Shown here: positions 49,546 through 60,226 of the stretch, piece after piece
Layout: every line of letters starts with the position of its first letter
How positions within the stretch are numbered: position 1 is the stretch's first letter
Program-made: the position numbers and the translations under genes
Assembly: GCF_037042905.1 (NCBI RefSeq)
Contig: NC_087245.1
Span: 186,001-250,000 of the forward strand
Reading direction: 5' to 3'
Length of the DNA stretch: 64,000 nt
Source of the DNA: Lytechinus pictus
Lineage: Eukaryota
Notes under the pieces: model-generated
What the model was told of the DNA's origin: nothing
The model's database searches: none
What the model saw: only the letters and a program-made list of their open reading frames with translations

Positions 49546-49697
49546 GACTTTGTTTGGGGTTTTGGTCTTCTTATAGCAGGTTTGATGTTCCTCTATCTAG
49601 TGATAAGAGTAGGACCTTCTATATTTCGTAGGAAGATGTTTAATGAGTACAGTGTCAACGATTGGCATCTTTATGCTCCCTGGGATTGGATGGTCAA
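49546..49697 (+). CDS. SLC6/NSS transporter exon (TM10-IL5)
   Basis: CAG|GAC .. AA|GTGAGT. DFVWGFGLLIAGLMFLYLVIRVG..NDWHLYAPWDWMVK. Absent from the ORF track. Confidence 0.9.
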
Positions 49698-49814
49698 GTG
49701 AGTTTTGTTTTTTTCTGATCCTTTTTCCTAAACAAATTGGGTCAAAGTAATAAATTTAGATATTGCGTAGAGTGGAAAAGCATCAAGGAGGAGGAGGAAA
49801 AACATATGCGACTA

Positions 49815-51412
49815 TTGAACATGTATCAAAGCTTTAAATAAACTGAGATTATTGAAACTGTATCAAAGCTTTAGACAAATTGAGATTATTAAACCTGTAT
49901 CATTGCTTTAAACAAACTGAGATTATTGTCCTGTATCATAGCTTTTGACAAACTGAGATTATTGAACCTGTATCATAGTTTTAAACAGACTGAGATTATT
50001 GTCCTGTATCATAGCATCAGACAAACTGAGATTGTTGTCCTGTATCATAGCTTTAAACAAACTGAGATTATTGTCCCGTATCATAGCTTTAGACAAACTG
50101 AGATTGTTGTCCTGTATCATAGCCTTAAACAAACTGAGATTATTGTCCCGTATCATAGCTTTTAACAGACTGAGATTATTGTCCTGTATCATAGCTTTAG
50201 ACAAACTGAGATTATTTACCTGTATCGTAGCTTTAGACAAACTGAGATTATTGTCCTGTATCATCGCTTTAAACAAACTGAGATTATTGTCCTGTATCAT
50301 AGCTTTAAACAAACTGAGATTATTGTCCTGTATCATAGCTTTAGACAAAACTGAGATTATTGTCCTGTATCATAGCTTTCAACAAACTGAGATTATTGTC
50401 CTGTATCATAGCTTTAGACAAACTGAGATTATTGTCCTGTATCATAGCTTTAAACAAACATATTATTGTCCTGTATCATAGCTTTCAACAAACTGAGATT
50501 ATTGTCCTGTATCATAGCATCAGACAAACTGAGATTATTGAACCTGTATCATAGTTTTAAACAGACTGAGATTATTGTCCTGTAGCATAGCATCAGACAA
50601 ACTGAGATTATTGTCCCTTATCATAGCTTTAGACAAAACTGAGATTATTGTCCTGTATCATAGCTTTAGACAAACTGAGATTATTGTCCTGTATCATAGT
50701 TTTAAACAGACTGAGATTATTGTCCTGTAGCATAGCATCAGACAAACTGAGATTATTGTCCCGTATCATAGCTTTAGACAAAACTGAGATTATTGTCCCG
50801 TATCATAGCTTTTAACAGACTGAGATTATTGTCCTGTATCATAGCTTTAGACAAACTGAGATTATTGACCTGTATCATAGCTTTAGACAAACTGAGATTA
50901 TTGTCCTGTATCATCGCTTTAAACAAACTGAGATTATTGTCCTGTATCATAGCTTTAAACAAACTGAGATTATTGTCCTGTATCATAGCATCAAAAAAAC
51001 TGAGATTATTGTCCTGTATCATAGCTTTAAACAAACTGAGATTATTGTCCTGTATCATAGCTTTAGACAAAACTGAGATTATTGTCCTGTATCATAGCTT
51101 TCAACCAACTGAGATTATTGTCCTGTATCATAGCTTTAGACAAACTGAGATTATTGTCCTGTATCATAGCTTTAAACAAACAGATTATTGTCCTGTATCA
51201 TAGCTTTCAACAAACTGAGATTATTGTCCTGTATCATAGCATCAGACAACCAGATTATTGAACCTGTATCATAGTTTTAAACAGACTGAGATTATTGTCC
51301 TGTATCATAGCTTTAAACAAACTGAGATTATTGTCCTGTATCATAGCTTTAGACAAAACTGAGATTATTGAAAGTGTATCATAGCTTTAGTCGAACTGAG
51401 ATTATTGAACCT
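49815..51412. repeat. Intronic minisatellite, 36-bp unit, ~44 copies
   Basis: Unit TGTATCATAGCTTTAGACAAACTGAGATTATTGTCC. Confidence 0.96.
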
Positions 51413-51637
51413 GAACATGTACATGTATCTAGACAATCTGACTTCTACATTCAGTCACATAACTGTGTGGATTATTGATCAATTTTTATGCATAGGATGT
51501 GGAAACATTTTTTTCAAACTCAATAGAAATTCACTTTGATTGACTTACTGTTGATTTGGAGGTAGCTGGTCACATTTTTTCTCTTAATGAAATCAAGCCT
51601 ACATGTATGTGATGTTCACTGTGAATTTATTGTTCAG

Positions 51638-51758
51638 GTTTATTGCACCTATTGAGGCAGTGATCTTGATTATATGGTGGGCATACGGTACTATATCTGA
51701 CAATAAAGAAGACTGGTATCAATTTCTTCCAGAGAGCTTCATGGCAACTGTAGTTCAG
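51638..51758 (+). CDS. SLC6/NSS transporter exon (TM11)
   Basis: CAG|G .. CAG|GTAAGT. FIAPIEAVILIIWWA..WYQFLPESFMATVVQ. Confidence 0.9.
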
Positions 51759-52594
51759 GTAAGTATATTTCAGGTACCATTGTGTCCCATAATATCACCA
51801 GAATAAGATTATACATGTAAGCTTAGTTATCACAGTGAGCAAAATAATTGAGATTTAGTTAAAGCAAATGCTGTAAAACCTTGTGATTGATTTATTAAGA
51901 AAATTTCATTGCAGCCAAAGGCTGAATTGCAAAATGTTTTATAAAGTAAAACACAAAATATATACAATATCAATAAACATAACAAAAATGACATGTCAAA
52001 GTAATAAAACCATCGTTATGTGGTGAAATTTTAAAAAGCATAAAATAATTTATATATATTATATAACAGTAACCTTGGATATTTGTCGCCACAATATGAT
52101 TCTATGGGGATGGAGTCTCAACTGAAGTCAGAGTCATTTTCATTTTTACCCATTTCTCTGCAATTACTCTTTTTTCTTTTCGAATCCTTTTGCACATTAT
52201 TCTTATTTGCGCATTTTAACACTCAGGCTATCATTTTGTTGGATTCTTACAGATTTATTTATGGTCGTTTTCATAGGTGGAACTTATACTATATGTAAAC
52301 CCTAACTGCATTGGGGTGAGGGTTCCTCCTCAATTTATTTTTTAAGTCTGTAACTTGAAAATCTCTCACCACAATGTTTCATACTTTCTTTTTCCTCATG
52401 AGCCTCACACTTTTTAAACCAATTTGTGACACCTGGGTATGTGGTTACAGAGTTTATCCTGATTTTGTACATGCATGATTGGCGATATTGCTCACAAAAT
52501 TGATTTTGGTACAAATTAAATACCAATTGAGTTTTCAGCTGAAATATTTGCATTTGTGATTATTCCTTTTTTTTTGGAGGGGGGGTATAATAAT

Positions 52595-53430
52595 AGTATA
52601 CAAATATACCAGGCTTTGAGTAAGTATAGCAGGAATTATTCATCCGAGGCTGAACTGGCATTACTATTTTGCCAGTACAACCGAGGATGAATAATTCCTT
52701 TTATACTTTCGAAATAAAGGCCTGGTGGGTGTTTCATAAAGCTGTTCGTAAGTTAAGAGCGACTTTAAGAACGTCTGGTGATCCCAAGCGGTATATTGAA
52801 TTGGCGATGGTTTGGTGCATAAGATAGGATCACCAGTCGTTCTTAAAGTCGCTCTTAACTTACGAATAGCTTTATGAAACGGCCGCCTGGTATATTTGTT
52901 TTATATCCTACTTTAATGAGTAAGAGCAATAGATCTTGATGATTTAGTACTTGAACTCGTTCATCCTTTTTTAATCTGAACCAAATACAGATTCCCTGCT
53001 GCGCTGAATGACATACTTCTCCTGAAGCCACGTGCCGGAACGCGTATTAGTGCTTGCACTGTCATGATCTGTGATGTCAATGATGGAATAGTTCACTATT
53101 CTATCATTGACGTTACGGAGTAGTTAATTTTCATCAGAGGGCGTTTCATTTTCTACATCATCGCAAAATAGTGAGAATATGTTTGGTCACATGATGCTAT
53201 TTAAGCCAATCAGCACACAGGATTTAATTTATGTAGGATATTATACAAATAAATCAGACTTTGAGAAAGTATAGTGGGAATTATTTATCTGAGGTTGGAC
53301 TGGCAATTTCTATTTTTCCAGAGAGGCGAAGCCCCGAGGGGAAAATAGTTACATTGCCAGTCCAACCGAGGATTAATAATTCCCACTATGCTTTCGAAAG
53401 AAATGCCTGATATATTTGTTTATATCCCTC
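52595..53430. repeat. Two related long-hairpin repeats (52595-52910, 53240-53430), possibly Crypton-like
   Basis: Each is an imperfect palindrome GGAATTATT..CTGGCA / TGCCAG..AATAATTCC. The second has the apex GAGGCGAAGCCCCGAG. Confidence 0.55.
52725..52886. mobile_element. Harbinger-type palindromic MITE
   Basis: Same family as 38955-39099. TSD CTG. Confidence 0.85.
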
Positions 53431-54260
53431 TTTAACTTGTGGACCTACGGTCCTTGCCGATGCTTAACCAATCTAGTCTGATTCTAACTTTGCCGGACCT
53501 AGTCCTACTCTTGGCCTGTCGAGCTGCTAAACAGTTCCTTGGTAGGCTGTGCGCAGCTTCTACCCGACTGCAGTAAATGAGAGGTCCGCTGCGCTGCGTT
53601 GGCCGTTGCTGCAGTTACAATCAAAATGTAAATAAATGCGTGCAGACTAAATATATGCTCTAAAAATTAGTAACGGATCTTGACTCACCTTGTTAGGTAT
53701 GTTTATTCCAAATACAAGGATCCTGTATGAATGGCCGTCGGAATTATATTTTCTGCATTGTAACCTAGACCCAATTCCACACTGTTTTTTCAGATTGTCG
53801 GTACCGTAATTTGAGCAAGAGCTTGTATTTTACTTTTTCTTTTTGCGGATGATCGATCTGGGTCAAGTCAGGGAGCATGCGCAGTTCAATGTTGAGAGAG
53901 AATATCGAGCATGCCCAGTTCTGCCCATGACACTATATCAAAAAATATACAGAGCTACAAGAAACTATACGGAGCTAATTGTAGCGATGTGTTTTCCTAG
54001 GGTTAGACCATAAACAACAGCTGTGATATTACATGTACGTAAGAGCAATTTTGCCTGTAGTAGGCCTTTCGGACTTAAATTATTGTATTTGATATTTAAT
54101 CAAGTTTTCAAAGGCATATTGTATTTTGAAATTCAATGTTAATTTGTTTTCAATTTCGAACGAAGAAAATTGGCCCCGAAAAAAGGAAACTGTTAAAGAG
54201 AATAAAAATTATTGCATGCGCTGGTGGGCCGCAGAGTTTGATTGAATCGTCACGCTGCGT

Positions 54261-55507
54261 CCCGGGTGGGGGGGGGGGGGCATTCAAATGTATTGCTGTA
54301 CACACGCGTGGCCAATTTATTTCTAAACACCCCCAAACGAAGTTTTTCTCTGTGTTAACAAGTTTTTCGCAGGATTTATTTACACATTTTGGCCCAAAAC
54401 AAGTTGTCGCCAGAATATGAACCCGGGGAAAAAAACATACCCTAAACATGTTTGGCTAGTCTTTAAAAAAAAAGCTTTGGAAAAAAAAACATACCCTAAA
54501 TATGTTTGACCCTGCTATTGACCAGTCTTTCAAAACTACCCCTTTTTGTCTCGCCCACCAGAGGTGAAGGCGAGACTTAGGGATCCAAATGTCGTCCGTC
54601 CGTCACAAATCTAATGACACATAACTCCACAACCGTAAGTCGCTTTTCAACCAAACTTGGATGGTAGATGGACTTGGGGGACCTGCATGTTGTGCTGCAG
54701 TCGGAGGTCACATGGTAAGGTCAAAGGTCATTTTCAGGTCAACGTTAAAGTTTACATGCAAGACTCATATGACACCTAACTCCGCAACCGTAAGTCACTT
54801 TTCAACCAAACTTAGATGGTAGATGGACTTGGGGGATATGCATCTTATGCTGCAGTCGGAAGTCACATGGTAAGGTCAAAGGTCATTTTCAGGTCAACGT
54901 TAAAGTTTACATGCAAGACACTCTTGTGACACCTAACTCTGCAACCGTAAGTCACTTTTCAACCAAACTTGGATGGTAGATAAACTTGGGGGACCTGCAT
55001 GTTAGGCTGCAGTCGGAGGTCACATGGTAAGGTCAAAGGTCATTTTCAGGTCAACGTTACAGTGTACATGCAAGACTCTCGTATGACACCTGACTCCGCA
55101 ACCGGAAGTTACTTTTCAACAAAACTTGAATGGCAGATGTACTTAGGCGACCTGCATGATATGCTGCAGTCCGAGGTCACATGGTAAGGTCAAAGGTCAT
55201 CTTCAGGTCAACATTAAAGTTTACGTGCAAGGCTTTTATGACAAGTGGTATTCCATCCCAGTCATTTCACAATGAAGTATCGATACAATTCTGTTGCGTG
55301 CCCTCGCAAATCACAATATTTCTGGTTATTTTCATAAGTGGGCGAGACACAAAATCGCTTTTGCCTTGTTTAAATAGATTGGTGTTTTTTATACCCTTAA
55401 CGAGTGCCGTGCGCCCCGTGTCCAAAATTGAAAAGCACCCCTTTAAACACGTTTTTTGGTCACGCATGTGTAGAGCAATATATTTGACTGCCCCCCCCCC
55501 CCCCTGG
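54261..55507. mobile_element. CCCGGG(G)n-terminated MITE (family of 1633-2055) with a nested HINE
   Basis: TSD CGCTGCGT/CGCTGCAT. Body matches 1633-2055. Confidence 0.88.
54548..55371 (+). mobile_element. HINE/Helentron-like element, family A, complete
   Basis: Inserted in the T-run of the host MITE without TSD (compare the empty site at 1911-1925). subTIRs GTCTCGCCCAC / GTGGGCGAGAC. 3' hairpin AAAATCGCTTTT. ~156-bp tandem units. Confidence 0.8.
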
Positions 55508-56491
55508 CGCTGCATATGCAATAAAAAAAGAAAGAAAGATAGGAGCCGAGGAAGGAAAGAAGAAAGAATAACATTTAAAGAAACAAATATAAACGTAAAG
55601 AAGGAAAAGTTAGAGGAAACACAGAAACGTAAAAGGAGATAGGGAGAGAGACAAAAAGAGAGAGGATCCATGATATTTCATTTCCAAGCTCAACCCTGTA
55701 TCGCCGATAATCCCTCTTATCAGGAAAGCCGAGGGTAGACCATAAACAACAGCTGATGTTACGTAAGATCAGCTCTGCCTGTAGTAGGCCTTTTGGAATT
55801 GAATTATTTTATTTGATATTTAATCAAGTTTTCAAAGGTATATTGTATTTTGAACTCAAATGTTATACTGTTTTTTGTTTCGAATGAAGAAATCGGCCCC
55901 AAGATAAGGAGACTATTAAAGAGAAATAAAAATGACTGTATGCGATGGCGAGCGAGTTTGGTTGAATCGGCGCGCTGCGTATGTAATTGCGGTTTAGTTT
56001 TTTCAGACCCATCGAGGTCAAGAAAGACATGTTTAGATACTTGCTGGCCTGCGGTGATTGAGGTTTTCCATGGTTCATAATCAGGGTTTGCCTCCTCCAA
56101 TGACGGTTTTGCCTCATGATTGAATAGTTTGTTGATATAATGTCATGGGCATTGTTGTGCCAATTTTCAGTGCAATCATGGGACGTAGTATGTCGGAAGT
56201 GATACCTAATGTTACAACAATGCATTGCTTCTACATGTTTTGACTTCACAACCCAAAAGATGTGACAGGGCTTACTGTTAGCACTCTGTTTGGCTAACAA
56301 CGTTTCTGTGTGGCTGGCACTTGTCTATCATCATTTAGTCTACACCCATTTGGTCTAATTGTCATTTGGTCCAATAGCCATCCGGGGCCTGTAACAAGAA
56401 GAGGCGTAATCTTAAAGATCAATTGTATCTCTTTAGTAAATGGTATGCCATAGATTTAAGATTGGTTGTATTTTTATATGACAGACTTCTG

Positions 56492-56648
56492 GTGGGTGTT
56501 TCATAAAGCTGTTTGTAAAGTTACGCAAGACTGGTGACCCTTTCTTATGACACACTGTCCCTATGTAGCTCAATTAGCACCTAAGATCATGTTCCAGTCG
56601 TGCGTAAAGTTGTGCATAACTTTACAAACAGCTTTTTGAGACACCCAC
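56492..56648. mobile_element. Harbinger-type palindromic MITE
   Basis: GTGGGTGTTTCATAAAGCTGTTTGTAAAG / CTTTACAAACAGCTTTTTGAGACACCCAC. TSD CTG. Confidence 0.85.
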
Positions 56649-57669
56649 CTGGTCTAATGACCATTTTAGTCTAATCATTGTTTTGTCTAAGATACTGACC
56701 AACTGGGTTTTTTTGTTTGTATTTTTTTTTGCCCTTTTCCTATGACTACGGAATACCCTCTGACCACTGCATTTAGGACCTTCACAAGACTTATGGGGCG
56801 TTGCAAGCAACTTGCGATCAATTGCAAGTCTATTTTTGGTCCCTAAATCAATCATATGCCTTGCAGTTAATTGCAAATTCGTGATTGATTGCTAATCTGC
56901 TCCTTTAAACAAGAAGTTTAATCTGATTTGCTAAAGCTAATGTTGATCTATTAGTTGTAAAATTGCAACAGAATATTTGCAAATATTTTCTTGCAACACC
57001 CCCTATGATGAATATAAGGCCAAGATCTTATTGATGGCATGCACTGTTGGTCTAAATCAAATCTGTACCCTTGTACAGCAGCCAAAATGAAAGGATCAGA
57101 GGTATTGCGGCACTAATTATCGTAAACTTGCTGTACTCGACCTCCAACAGTATATCTACTATCAACTGAATCTTAAGAATGATGAGAGAATAGACTTACC
57201 TCTTCAAGATTGGTGTTATATAAATTTTGTCTTATACTTCTGCTTTGCTCCTAGCCAAGGCCAAGCACTGTTCTGATGTTTGACACCTTCTGGTGTTAAG
57301 TTTGCCCCTGATGGGGCTAGTTTTCTAAAAAGAGGTCTCTATCCCGGGGGGGGGGGGGGGGGGGGGGAGGCACTCAAATTATATTTTGATGGGGGTGTGC
57401 CTCACAAAACCCTGAAATGGGGGTCTAAGGAATTGACTACAAGGGTAAAATACAGGGTCTTGGGAACTTAAACTATACATGAAGGTGTGAAAAACGGTCT
57501 ACGGAGCGGGATCCTTGAACTGTATACAGTGGTGCACGCTTGCGCTGTGCATATGTGCGCTAGCGTGCCTGGCGCAGTGGTATAGAGGAAATATAAAGCC
57601 GTGCGTGCAGCTGCCAGCTTTTTTGATGCTCGCGCCAGACAATTTAGACAGGCCTTGGGAACTGAGATG

Positions 57670-58210
57670 TTTGATTTATTTATTTATTTATTGATAGATT
57701 TTATTTGGCAAGTCATCACAACATATAGTAGTATAAATAAACAACAGGCTTGCACAGGATGACCCACGAAAGCTTGAAAGCTTATTTCTAGTAGGGTTCT
57801 CGACATGTATAGAATTAAGATGATAAAATGTGAAATTATACTATTTGCACAAAGAAAAAAATCGGAATAAATAAGATATAGAGGTGATACATGTATATAC
57901 AGAAGAAAACAAGAAGAAAAAGAAGGAGAAGGGGAAGAAGCAGAAGACTGAAGAAGAAGGAGGAGGAATAGAAGAAGGAGAGGAGAAGAAGGAGGAGAAG
58001 AATTACGGAAGAAAAAGGAGAAGGACAAAAAGAACTAGAACAACATCAAAAACAGCAAGATCAACACAAAGAGCATAATATTAGGAAGAGAGAAAAGAAA
58101 AGAAGAAAGGACATATCAATAAAAAAAACTTAATCATATTATGTAAATTAATAATAATACCTGGCAGAGAAGAGAATAGAACGTGGTCTGTATTCAGACT
58201 AAATCAACCT
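57670..58210 (-). mobile_element. CR1-like 3' UTR fragment
   Basis: (TTTA)n tail and stem-loop GACCCACGAAAGCTTGAAAGCTTATTTCTAGTAGGGTTC. Confidence 0.45.
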
Positions 58211-58360
58211 TAAAACATCATTTGCATCTTCTCTTTGAGTCTAAAGTGAAATATATTCTTTCAATTTCCTCTTTAATTGGAAAAAGTTTACTATTTCCTT
58301 TAGGTAATTGGGAAGAGAATTCCAAAGTTTTATAGCATTGTAACTTACCAATACTACCTA

Positions 58361-58598
58361 CACTGTTAGAAATAATTTTAACAACAATGTTTACTATGTG
58401 AATTGCACAGTAGTTGTTTAAACAGTTTAAACAAGAGTTTAAAATCTTAAACAACCATGCTTAAATTATTTATGATTAAATTAATTATTTGAATTTAAAC
58501 TTTGTTGTTTAATATTCTAAACACTAGTTTAAAATGTTTAAATAACTACTGTGTGATTCACATAGTAAACAGCATTGTTTGACTTATTTTTAACATTG
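58361..58598. mobile_element. TA-flanked palindromic MITE
   Basis: TA|CACTGTTAGAAATAA..TGTTTACTATGTGAAT / ATTCACATAGTAAACA..TTATTTTTAACATTG|TA. Confidence 0.75.
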
Positions 58599-59199
58599 TA
58601 CAAGATCAGGTAAGCAGAAGTTGAAATGGCTGTTTCTTGTATTATAGTTATGTAATTCGGTAACTGGATTAAAGTTTTACCCATATAATGATTCTATCAA
58701 TTGTAATAGATTTTATGCATGTGGTGCAGAATATTGCTGCTTTGATCTTTTGTTGACTTCAAAAAAATCTGCTCAAGAGAGTTCGGTGTAGCCAACATGG
58801 GTTCTGGGACCAGAACAGTTAGGAATCTAACCATTTTATTCTGTATAATTTTCAATTTCTTTGGATCGGATTTGTTTATGCCAATAAACCAAGCAGGGTT
58901 TGCATAGTCAAATAAACTCTGAATAAGAGCTAAACACGGGTCTTGAGAGCGGAATTTTTGTCATTCAGAGTATCTAGGGAGCTGAAAATTAGGTCTGAAA
59001 AGGGGATCATCGGCACGTCCCTGTACCACCAGTATATGTGGGTGCCCCCCCCCCCCCCCAGGTGATCTCTATGAACCACCAGCCTTCGGCTTTGGGTGGT
59101 TAGAGTCCCTATAGAACAACTTCCATCCAGCATCCTAGTACTTGACTTTTGTAGCCCTAGCATAGAGGTGATAGTGACTGCTGCTATGCTGGCTAGAAC

Positions 59200-59547
59200 T
59201 CAGCTTACTCTGCAGCCTCAGGGGCCTCATCGCCCTAGCTGTAGTTACTGTTGTTCCTGCAAGTCTTTCATTTGCTTTGGTAGATCATCGCCAAATAGCT
59301 GTTTCCCCATAATAACTGTGGGCTTTCAAAGGTGCATGAAGTTTGCATTCATGTCTAGCCTGATCAAGTGTTTATACAACCAGTTAAGTTCAAAGTGAGA
59401 ATTGCTCAGCAGAGCCAAAGCATGCTGTTGAATGTCTGAAATAAAATAAGCTGAGTCATGAGTGCTCAAGAAAGCCACCAAACCACTTGTAAGAGAGAGT
59501 CGTACCCTCTGAAGGTCTGTACTTTGGGAAGAGACAGTAATGGGCAA
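59200..59547 (-). mobile_element. Degenerate DIRS-type gag/ORF1 fragment
   Basis: Translation ALALLSNSHFELN..LI..MNANFMHL*..QLFGDDLPKQMKDL resembles the conserved LFGDDL block of invertebrate DIRS ORF1 (from recall). Confidence 0.5.
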
Positions 59548-60226
59548 TTGCTGGGGGATGTTACTTTACCTCTTTCTCATTTAGGGTTTTTCCCTCACCT
59601 AATGAGAAATTAACCCTATGAATTGAGGGATACTAGAAAAGCCCCCACACCCCCCCCCCCCAATTCTTTTCATGGTAAAGCTTTAGCATGAAAAGATCAT
59701 GCTGCAAAGTTTCACGGCTTTTTCCCTTCAAGTCCCGTGCAACTTGTAATACCTAATTCGGGTATGGGGTACGCGGTTACAAAGTTATGCAATATTTTGT
59801 AAGTATATGTCAGTCAGACCCAAGATTGCTCAAAAACATGATTTCATGTACCAATCCAATGCAAATTCTCTATGTTGCCAAACTTCATAAATGTATCATT
59901 ATTTTTACTTTTACAAATTTTATGTATGACTGAAAGTGTCGTTGATGATTTCTATATTTAAAAATTAAAAATTTGGAAGTAAAAAAACTAATAAATACAT
60001 AATCAATTTGAAAACAATTAAGTACATGAGAAAAAAATTGTTGACACCATTTATATATATGTATATATATATATATATATATATGTATATACTGTATATA
60101 TATATATACATGTATATAATAAACATTAATTATAAACATTAATTTGTATAGTGCAGCTTTTATATGGATATATTCAGCTGCGCTTGTTCAGAGCTCTTCT
60201 TACTTATGTCTACACAGCATATTTTC

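Larger units (their letters stand above)
57343..59063. mobile_element. G-tract-terminated DNA element with nested CR1-like tail and MITE
   Basis: CCCGGGG..GGCAC / GTGCCCC..CCAGG termini. Flanks share TCTCTAT. Confidence 0.5.

Noticed and set aside
49926..51203. Repeat-protein ORFs (SKAMIQDNNLSL and LRR-like)
   Set aside because: By-product of a 36-bp unit divisible by three. Open on both strands, frame-breaking units are present, and it lies in an intron.
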